A stretch of DNA of 64,000 nucleotides, from assembly GCA_964628295.1 (NCBI GenBank), contig CAZVLS010000002.1:681565-745564 (forward strand). Direction: 5' to 3'. This stretch comes from an uncultured Acidobacterium sp. Its GTDB lineage: Bacteria; Acidobacteriota; Vicinamibacteria; Vicinamibacterales; UBA2999. Of the stretch, positions 57,019 to 64,000 are shown piece after piece. Position 1 is the first letter of the stretch. The number at the start of each line of letters is the position of its first letter. The notes under the pieces are model-generated. The model did no database searches. It worked only from the letters and a program-made list of their open reading frames with translations, and was not told where the DNA came from. Position numbers and translations under genes: made by a program.

Positions 57019-57492
57019 CTACCAGCGATAGTGAGCGAAGGCCTTGTTCGCCTCAGCCATGCGGTGCACGTCTTCACGCTTCTTGACCGCACCACCGCGA
57101 AGGTTCGCCGCATCGAGCAGCTCGTTGGCCAGCTTTTCCTGCATCGTCTTGCCGTCGCCCCGGGCGCGCGCAAAGCCAACCAGCCAGCGAATGCTCAGCG
57201 ACAGGCGGCGGGTCGGGTTGACCTCGATCGGCACCTGGTAGTTCGAACCACCAACGCGACGCGACTTCACCTCGAGGGCGGGCTTCACGTTGTCGAGGGC
57301 CTTCTTGAAGACCTTCAGCGGATCGTCGCCCGAACGCTCCTTGATCAGCTCAAAGCTCTGATACAGGATGCGCTCCGCGGTGGAACGCTTGCCGGCGCTC
57401 ATGATGGTGTTGATGAACTTGGTAACCAACGGGCTCTGGTAGAGCGCGTCCGGCACCTGTTCACGTTTCGCAATTTCTCGTCTACGTGGCAT
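57019..57492 (-). CDS. rpsG: 30S ribosomal protein S7
   Basis: [33 protein letters not shown]. Confidence 0.98.
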   Translation of the reverse strand: MPRRREIAKREQVPDALYQSPLVTKFINTIMSAGKRSTAERILYQSFELIKERSGDDPLKVFKKALDNVKPALEVKSRRVGGSNYQVPIEVNPTRRLSLSIRWLVGFARARGDGKTMQEKLANELLDAANLRGGAVKKREDVHRMAEANKAFAHYRW

Positions 57493-57503
57493 GGCTTACC
57501 TGC

Positions 57504-57878
57504 TTAGCTCTTCGGGCGCTTGGCGCCGTACTTCGAACGACCCTGCTTGCGGCCCTGGACGCCGACGGCGTCGAGCGTGCCGCGGACGACGTGGTAACGC
57601 ACGCCCGGCAGATCCTTCACACGGCCGCCGCGGATCAGCACCAGCGAGTGCTCCTGCAGGTTGTGGCCGACGCCGGGGATGTAGGTCGTGACTTCGATCT
57701 TGTTGGTCAGGCGGACACGCGCGACCTTGCGAAGCGCCGAGTTCGGCTTCTTCGGGGTCTGCGTGAACACGCGCACGCAGACGCCGCGCTTTTGCGGGCT
57801 GTTCTGCAGCGCAGGTGACTTGGTCTTCCACTCGACCTTTTCGCGTCCTTTACGGACTAGCTGACTAATCGTCGGCAC
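57504..57878 (-). CDS. rpsL: 30S ribosomal protein S12
   Basis: GTG start ([12 protein letters not shown]) with GGAG RBS; [21 protein letters not shown]. Confidence 0.98.
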   Translation of the reverse strand: MPTISQLVRKGREKVEWKTKSPALQNSPQKRGVCVRVFTQTPKKPNSALRKVARVRLTNKIEVTTYIPGVGHNLQEHSLVLIRGGRVKDLPGVRYHVVRGTLDAVGVQGRKQGRSKYGAKRPKS

Positions 57879-58158
57879 GAGCACTCCATCGCACTGCAAG
57901 CGGACGTCTCCGCCCAGCGCAATAAAACGAAAAACTCCCCACTACCTCGACACTTCATCGAAGTCGTGGTGCCTAAGGCCTTGAAGCGCTCAGCGTTTCC
58001 GACTGAGGTGCTTGGCACCTTGAGCTGTAAAACCCTACTGAATGTGTGTTTTCGGCCTTGGCGGACACATTGTTGCCCCCCTTGACGGAGCGCAACTCAG
58101 ACGTGTCACAAGGCAATTGAACCTAGATAGGGTGTCCTAGGCTCACGAGAACCTGACG

Positions 58159-58188
58159 AATATAGCACGCATCTCTAAAACGCTGCAA
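58159..58188 (-). promoter_or_regulatory. Candidate sigma70 promoter of the str-S10-spc-alpha superoperon
   Basis: Minus strand TTGCAG-18 nt-TATATT, implying a ~270-nt leader. Confidence 0.55.
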
Positions 58189-58208
58189 CTCGCCCTATAC
58201 TCACCACG

Positions 58209-58598
58209 ATGAAACTCGTCGTTTGCGCCACATTTCTCACTATTGCACTCGCCTCAAGTGCCGGCCTCAGCGCACAGGCGCCCGCCCCGCAAATTGTCGA
58301 AGGCCCGAATATCAAGGTCCTGAATGGCCTCTATGCCCAGCAATTCCAGGAGGAGATGAACCTGATGGTCCAGGCCCTCGGCATTACTTGCGGCACCTGC
58401 CACGTTGCGCGGAATTTCCAGAGTGAAGACAAGCCCCTGAAACTCAAGGCGCGCCAGATGCTCGAGATGACCAAGGCGCTCAACAAGCAATACTTCCCTG
58501 ACTACAAACCTAAGGAAGGCGAATCGGTTCTCGGGAGGGTGACGTGCTACACGTGCCACAAGGGCGAGCAGACGCCCAAGCATTCCGTCGGGCAATAG
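58209..58598 (+). CDS. Secreted diheme c-type cytochrome (resembles half of the reaction-centre cytochrome c family)
   Basis: Signal peptide, NIKVL, CGTCH and CYTCH heme motifs, ARQMLEMT with candidate Met ligands. Confidence 0.8.
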   Translation: MKLVVCATFLTIALASSAGLSAQAPAPQIVEGPNIKVLNGLYAQQFQEEMNLMVQALGITCGTCHVARNFQSEDKPLKLKARQMLEMTKALNKQYFPDYKPKEGESVLGRVTCYTCHKGEQTPKHSVGQ

Positions 58599-59422
58599 TC
58601 GTCGTCGCATTGCTCCTGGTCCCCTTCGCAGTGAGTGCGCAAGGGAACAAGAAGCTGCTGTTTCTCACGCACGCGGCTCTGTACAAGCACACCAGCCTCG
58701 GTCCGGCCGAGAAGGCGGTCACGGAGCTGGGCAAGACCGGCGGCTATGAGGTCACGACCGTCGAGGGCTACAAGCAGGATCCGAAACAGCTCGACTTCTC
58801 GTTCCTCACGCCTGACTACCTGAATCAATTCGACGGCGTGATGATGATGACGAACGGCAACCTGCCGTTCACCGATGCACAGAAGACGTTGCTGCTCGAC
58901 TTTGTCCGCAGCGGCAAGGCCTTCATCGGCGCACACTGCGCCTCGCTCACCTTCTATAACCATCCCGAGTTTGGCGAGATGCTCGGCGGCTACTTTCAGC
59001 GCAATCTTCCGCAGGGCACGATCGCGGTCCTCAAGGTCGAAGACACCCGGCACCCGGCGACGAAGATGCTTGGATCCAGTTGGCCGCTCGTCGACGAGTT
59101 CTACGTCTTCGGCACTGCGCCCTGGAACGAGTCGGCGCCGAACGACAACATCGACGTGCTGTTCAAGAACAAGATCCCGATGGGATTCACGCGCGATCGC
59201 GTGCACGTGCTGCTCAGCCTCGACACCAACGCGATGGACATGAGCAAGCAGCCGAACCTCGTGAAGGGTGGCGACTACCCGCAGGCGTGGACGCGCGAAT
59301 ACGGAAAGGGCCGGACGTTCTACACGTCGCTCGGCCATCGCGACGACATCTGGAGCGGTGACGCGGTGTTCCGCGCGCACATCAACGGAGGCATCCGATG
59401 GGCGCTCGGACTCGAGCAGTAG
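58544..59422 (+). CDS. Secreted ThuA-like domain protein
   Basis: FLTHAALYKH, FIGAHCA, FGEMLGGYF, DEFY, WTREYGKGRTFYTSLGH; GGGAGG RBS before GTG 58544. Confidence 0.8.
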   Translation: MLHVPQGRADAQAFRRAIVVVALLLVPFAVSAQGNKKLLFLTHAALYKHTSLGPAEKAVTELGKTGGYEVTTVEGYKQDPKQLDFSFLTPDYLNQFDGVMMMTNGNLPFTDAQKTLLLDFVRSGKAFIGAHCASLTFYNHPEFGEMLGGYFQRNLPQGTIAVLKVEDTRHPATKMLGSSWPLVDEFYVFGTAPWNESAPNDNIDVLFKNKIPMGFTRDRVHVLLSLDTNAMDMSKQPNLVKGGDYPQAWTREYGKGRTFYTSLGHRDDIWSGDAVFRAHINGGIRWALGLEQ

Positions 59423-60402
59423 CTGCGGTCGCGATTGCCGTCGGCTGTCAGCTCGCGGCCGCCGGCCAGCAGCCAGCTTCCGGCTCCCCGCTCCCGACTC
59501 CCGCTTTTCACCACCTCCACCTCAATTCGGTGAATCCCGACGCGGCGATTGAGTTTTATACGAAGGCATTCCCGTCAACCTCGCGCACGACCTTTGGGGG
59601 TCAACCCGCGCTCGCGTCTCCGAACAACGTGCTCGTGTTGTTCAACAAGGTCACCGCGCCGCCGGCAACACAACCGCAAACATCGTTCTGGCATTTCGGG
59701 TGGCACGTCACCGACGTGCGCGCAACGCTCGAGCGTTATCTGAAGCAGCACATCCCGCTGCTCCCGCTCTATACGGGCGAGGGCACGCGAACCGTCTTCG
59801 TCAGCAGCGATACCTATCCTGGAACAGGCGGCGTGCTCGGGCTGACGCGCGCGCAAGTGGACGAGGCGAGGGCCAGGGGCGTACAGCCCGCGGGCGGCGC
59901 TGGGTTCGCCTATCTACGCGGACCGGATGACGCGATGGTCGAGTACCAGGGCAACATGCCGGCCGAGCGTTTCAATCACGTGCACATGTACCAGGACCAG
60001 CCGTTCTGCGCCCAGCTCTGGTATCAGCGTCATTTACACGTCACCTATGCCAAGCCGCCGGGTCGCACTGGCGCGAATTGCACAGTTGAACGAGGGCCCG
60101 ACAAGACGCTACCCGCACTCGAATGGGACGGCATGTATCGCACTCCGTCGCTCACCACGACGACGTTCGGCGACGTGTCGCTGTTCTGGTACATGAATCA
60201 AGGCGCGACGCCCGCCGCATCGACGCGCGGGCATTTGATGGATCACATCGCGCTTGGCGTCACCGATCTCGACGCGTGGCTCGCAAAGCTCACGGCCGCG
60301 AACGTCACGATCCTCTTGCCGCCGTACGCCATCGGCAACGGCCGCGCCTTCATGATCGAAGGCCCGAGCAGGGAGGCCATCGAACTGATCGCCGTGAAGT
60401 AG
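59398..60402 (+). CDS. Secreted VOC (glyoxalase/dioxygenase) superfamily protein
   Basis: Signal-like N-terminus; FHHLHLN, WHFGW, VEY, NHVHM, DHIAL..DLDAW, IELI modules. Confidence 0.75.
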   Translation: MGARTRAVAAVAIAVGCQLAAAGQQPASGSPLPTPAFHHLHLNSVNPDAAIEFYTKAFPSTSRTTFGGQPALASPNNVLVLFNKVTAPPATQPQTSFWHFGWHVTDVRATLERYLKQHIPLLPLYTGEGTRTVFVSSDTYPGTGGVLGLTRAQVDEARARGVQPAGGAGFAYLRGPDDAMVEYQGNMPAERFNHVHMYQDQPFCAQLWYQRHLHVTYAKPPGRTGANCTVERGPDKTLPALEWDGMYRTPSLTTTTFGDVSLFWYMNQGATPAASTRGHLMDHIALGVTDLDAWLAKLTAANVTILLPPYAIGNGRAFMIEGPSREAIELIAVK

Positions 60403-60408
60403 GTTCGC

Positions 60409-62016
60409 CTACTGTCGCGACGCGAGGTACTTCGCCAGGGCGTCGAGCTGTTCCGGCTTCAGGCGCGCGCCGAACGCCGGCATCGACGAGGGCTCGCCCA
60501 TCAGCGCTTCCGGGTCCACGATGAAGGCCCTGATGTCGGTCTCCGAACGTCGCCGCCCGACGAGCGTCAGGTCGGGTCCAACCGTTCCGCCCTCACCGGA
60601 AATCCGGTGGCAGACGACGCAGGTCTCGGCGTAGGTCTGAGCGGCGAGCTTCACGGTCTCGTCGATCTGCACCGGCACCGGATCGCCCGAGTGGACGCGC
60701 TTCAGATACGCCACCGCCGCCTGCGCCTTGAAGCGCGACATCACGGGCCGCGGTGCCGGTTCCTGCGCCGTGCGGACACCCGGGGCGATCGCCACGGGAT
60801 CGGCCATGTGTGACAGCAACCATTCGGTGTCCTTGCTGAGCCGCGTAATGGAGAGTGGCGCTGCTGGTCCGCCGTTCTCGTGACACCGCGCACACGTGTT
60901 GCCCTCGCCGGTCGCGATCTGCATGCCGGCGATGGGGAGCAGACCCCAGTCGTTCCGGTCCTTCTGTGGCGGCCGATCTGCCAGACCGAGCAGCGTCAGA
61001 GTCACGACGCCGATGCCCATCACGGACATCACCGCGGTGAAGAGCCTTCGAGGACGCCCGAGGGGATGACGGCCGTCGGCGCGATCCAGGAACGGCAACA
61101 GCGCGAGAAACCCGATCGCCAGCCCTGGTATCACCATCGTGGCGACAGGCTCGAGCGGCCCCGGGAAATACTTCAACATCTGGAACAGCGACAGGAAGTA
61201 CCACTCGGGCCTGGGGATGTAGTTGGCGTCGGTCGGGTTGGCAATCTCATCGAGGTGCGCGGGGAACAGCGCGGCTGCGGTGATCAACGATGCGAATACC
61301 GCCGCCATCATCACCGTATCCTTCATGACGTGCCACGGGAAGAACAGCACCGTGGGGCCGCGCTGAGGCCTGATCGGTCCGGAGATGCCGTGCTTACGCA
61401 TCAGCGCGATGTGCGAGACGATCAACGTGACGAGGACCGCCGGCAGCAGGAACACATGCGCCGAATACCATCGCCCCAGCGTCAGCGCACCGAGGTCGGC
61501 GCCACCGCGCAGGACATTGGCCAGCGCATCACCGATCAGTGGCGTACTTTGCGCGATCGCAATCGTCACCGTCGTTGCCCAGTAGGCCTTCTGGTCCCAC
61601 GGCAGCAAGTAGCCGCTCAGTGAAAATCCCAGGATCACCAGCAACATCGACAGCCCGCTCAGCCAGGTCAGCTCGCGCGGCGCTTTGAAAGACCCCAGCA
61701 CGAACACGCGCAGCATGTGAATGACCGAGGCCACGACGAGGAAGCTGGCCCCCCAATAATGCAGCCCTCGTAACATCCAGCCCAGCGGCAGGTCGTCCAT
61801 GATGAAGCGCACGCTGTCGAACGCCAGCTTCGGCGACGGCACGTAGTACATCGTGAGACCGATACCGGTCGCGAACTGGCAACCAATCAGCAGCGTCACG
61901 ACGCTGCCGGTGGTGAACAGCCACGCCGTGCCACTCGGCAGTTCCTCGTAGAGCAGGTGGCGCACCAGCGAGCGATAGCCGGTGCGCGAGTCGAGCCAGT
62001 CGAGCAGCGGCGTCAC
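60409..62016 (-). CDS. Cytochrome b (N- and C-terminal parts) fused to a diheme cytochrome c
   Basis: RGLHYWGAS..IHMLRV, SGYLLPWDQKAYWA, SAH..SH heme b ligands, PEWY, then CARCH and CVVCH; GTG 62016 overlaps the Rieske stop. Confidence 0.88.
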   Translation of the reverse strand: MTPLLDWLDSRTGYRSLVRHLLYEELPSGTAWLFTTGSVVTLLIGCQFATGIGLTMYYVPSPKLAFDSVRFIMDDLPLGWMLRGLHYWGASFLVVASVIHMLRVFVLGSFKAPRELTWLSGLSMLLVILGFSLSGYLLPWDQKAYWATTVTIAIAQSTPLIGDALANVLRGGADLGALTLGRWYSAHVFLLPAVLVTLIVSHIALMRKHGISGPIRPQRGPTVLFFPWHVMKDTVMMAAVFASLITAAALFPAHLDEIANPTDANYIPRPEWYFLSLFQMLKYFPGPLEPVATMVIPGLAIGFLALLPFLDRADGRHPLGRPRRLFTAVMSVMGIGVVTLTLLGLADRPPQKDRNDWGLLPIAGMQIATGEGNTCARCHENGGPAAPLSITRLSKDTEWLLSHMADPVAIAPGVRTAQEPAPRPVMSRFKAQAAVAYLKRVHSGDPVPVQIDETVKLAAQTYAETCVVCHRISGEGGTVGPDLTLVGRRRSETDIRAFIVDPEALMGEPSSMPAFGARLKPEQLDALAKYLASRQ

Positions 62017-62492
62017 ACCTGCACCATCACCTTGCCGTCTTCGACTCTCGTGGTCATCGCGCGCAGCGGTGCGGGTGGCGGACCGGAGATGACGTTGCCG
62101 TGGACGTCGTAGACGCCGCCGTGGCACGGACACTCGATCTGTCTGGTCTCGGCATTGAAGCGCGTGCGGCAGCCGAGATGCGTGCAGGTTGAATCAAGCA
62201 CCCGCACGTCGCCGCCGTTCTTGACGAGGTAGACGATCTTGCGGTCGACGACCTCCGCCGGCCCGTCCGGGCGTGCGACGCGGAGCGTGATCGGCTGAGG
62301 GATACCATCCTCGAGGCTGTCCGCGTCACCGGCGCGCAGCCACATCGCCTCGCGGCGCCCGAAGCTTGGGGCCACGACGGCGCCGCCCACCACAAAGGCG
62401 AGGGTGGCCCCGATGACGGCGTAGGTTCCCTGAATGATCCGCACCACAAAGCCGCGGCGGGCCATGGAATCGATCTGCTGTCTTTCTGTCAT
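62013..62492 (-). CDS. Rieske iron-sulfur protein of a bc-type complex
   Basis: Tat motif ARRGF plus TM helix; CTHLGC and CPCHGG boxes. Confidence 0.92.
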   Translation of the reverse strand: MTERQQIDSMARRGFVVRIIQGTYAVIGATLAFVVGGAVVAPSFGRREAMWLRAGDADSLEDGIPQPITLRVARPDGPAEVVDRKIVYLVKNGGDVRVLDSTCTHLGCRTRFNAETRQIECPCHGGVYDVHGNVISGPPPAPLRAMTTRVEDGKVMVQV

Positions 62493-62628
62493 GACACGTG
62501 ACTCCCGATCGGGAGCGATCCTCGCGCGCGCGAAGAGGGACGCTCTTACAAGGGCGAGTATAAGAAGGTGTGCCGTCTTTGAATGTCATTTGTCGTGTGA
62601 CCTTGTGAACCGCGTGTGACAATGAATC

Positions 62629-63699
62629 GTGGCTGTCGTCGTGCTCGAGGCCCCTGCGGCGTCGGAGTGGCCGTTCCGCTGTCCGTTGTGCCCGCAACTG
62701 CCGGCAGCTGACGTGGTGCTGCGTGTGCGTGGAATTGACGACGCCTACGTGAACCGGCAGTCGGGAACACAGCTTGTGACCACGCAGCGTGCGTATCTCG
62801 ACGCAGAGTGGCAGCACGCCCTCGCCGCCCACGGTCACGCTGTCCTGAAGGTCGAGGCGGGCGATGTGCCGCCCGTCGTGCACCCGCTCGCACTCGCATT
62901 TCGCCTCGACGACCCGGCCGAACGCCTTGCCCGGTGCGTGGCGCACCTGGCCCTTGGGCGCACAGCGCCCGCACTGGTTGCGGCCGCGAGCGTGTGTGTC
63001 GAGGTGAATGATTTCGCCGCGGCGGCCCGCGATCTCGACGAGGCCATCGCGCTCGCTCCGGCCTGGGCCGCCGCTCACTACGAGCGGGGCAAGGTCTGGC
63101 TCCGGGCCGACGACATGGAAAAGGCGGCCGCATCGTTTCAACGCGCCGCGGACCTGCTGCCAGGATTCGCGCCCGCCTGGTCCAACCTCGGCGGTACGCT
63201 CGGCGAGCTGGATCGCCCCACAGAGGCACTCGCCGCCTTCGAGCGGGCGCTGGCGCTCGAGCCGTCGAGCGCCCAGGCCCTGAACAACATCGGGGTCGTC
63301 CGCCGCGAGCTCGGCCGCTTGTCGGAGTCGGAGGCCGCATTCCGGCAAGTCATCCAACTGACCCCCGGTATGGCCTTTGGCCATTACAATCTCGGGCATA
63401 CACTGTTTTTACAGGGACGTTTTCAGGCCGCCCTCTCGTCCTATGCCGAAGGGCAATCGCGCGACCCGGAACGCAATCCGATCCAGGCGTCGCGACTCGC
63501 GCTCTGCAAGGTGGCGACCGGCGATGGCGCCGGGGCCCTGAGAGAGCTGCAGCGGGCAACGACGGGCCTGCCGAGGGAATACCGGCAGCAGTTGCTCGGC
63601 GACACCAGCGCCATCCTGTGGGCGCTGATTACGCAGCAGCCGGGATTGCAGGGCTGGCAGCCGGTTCAGCAATGGCTGACGGCCGAACTTAGGGGATAG
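62629..63699 (+). CDS. Tetratricopeptide repeat protein
   Basis: Multiple TPRs (AHYERG, AWSNLG, ALNNIG, GHYNLG). Confidence 0.85.
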   Translation: MAVVVLEAPAASEWPFRCPLCPQLPAADVVLRVRGIDDAYVNRQSGTQLVTTQRAYLDAEWQHALAAHGHAVLKVEAGDVPPVVHPLALAFRLDDPAERLARCVAHLALGRTAPALVAAASVCVEVNDFAAAARDLDEAIALAPAWAAAHYERGKVWLRADDMEKAAASFQRAADLLPGFAPAWSNLGGTLGELDRPTEALAAFERALALEPSSAQALNNIGVVRRELGRLSESEAAFRQVIQLTPGMAFGHYNLGHTLFLQGRFQAALSSYAEGQSRDPERNPIQASRLALCKVATGDGAGALRELQRATTGLPREYRQQLLGDTSAILWALITQQPGLQGWQPVQQWLTAELRG

Positions 63700-63722
63700 G
63701 GCACTCAAGGGATGACGACGAG

Positions 63723-64000
63723 ATGAGCAGCACACGTCCAAATCCGTTCAACATGGTCTTCTCCGACCGGGGCATGCGCCTCGCCGCCGGACTCGCGGTC
63801 GTCGTCGCGATCCCGATGGCGGTGCTGTTCTATTTCCAGTTCAAGTCGCTCAACGATATCGAGACCACGTCGGCGGTCGTGCTGCGGCAACTGAGCAGCG
63901 ACACGGCGGAGTCGTTGACACGTTCGGTCGAGGATTACCTGAAGCGCCCGCACATCAGCGTGCTGCTGCGCATTCCGACCGCACGTACCGAACCGCTCGA
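63723..64000 (+). CDS. Membrane protein, 5' fragment (possibly a sensor kinase N-terminus)
   Basis: Hand translation MSSTRPNPFNMVFSDRGMRLAAGLAVVVAIPMAVLFYFQF...; one TM then a periplasmic-like region; open to the window edge. Confidence 0.5.
   Translation, partial: MSSTRPNPFNMVFSDRGMRLAAGLAVVVAIPMAVLFYFQFKSLNDIETTSAVVLRQLSSDTAESLTRSVEDYLKRPHISVLLRIPTARTEPL

Noticed and set aside
58209-58598. Photosynthesis, suggested by the reaction-centre-like cytochrome
   Set aside because: Only two hemes; no puf/psc/bch genes in the window

Overview
GC-rich bacterial chromosomal segment. Gene content and organisation look most like an Acidobacterium (Vicinamibacteria-like); this is an inference with no database check. 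From left to right: (i) ctpA (partial), tatAC, an OmpA-family protein, NUDIX, DUF1428, archaeal-type proS, and divergent nadB/aroB; (ii) a ~21 kb minus-strand type IVa pilus island in Myxococcus-like order (OM barrel, pilB, pilT, pilC, pilS, pilR, GT-C glycosyltransferase-like gene, pilA, VKOR-DsbA fusion, pilH/pilI/pilG-like ABC module, pilD, second kinase, three minor pilins, secreted unknown, second sigma54 regulator); (iii) Yip1, a membrane fusion protein and two MacB-type permeases with no ATPase; (iv) an EF-G2 paralogue, beta-carbonic anhydrase, a methyltransferase and a hypothetical; (v) the str-S10-spc-alpha ribosomal superoperon, lacking tuf and carrying a strongly divergent IF-1; (vi) a diheme cytochrome c/ThuA/VOC operon converging on a Rieske plus cytochrome b-diheme c fusion operon, then a TPR protein and a truncated membrane protein. 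Sequence-level patterns include repeated leaderless-type promoters, a palindromic bidirectional promoter between nadB and aroB, and many short heptamer tandem repeats at gene junctions. I found no rRNA, tRNA, CRISPR array or IS element. Product calls rest on motif recognition by eye, and start codons were adjusted by hand where overlaps suggested it.
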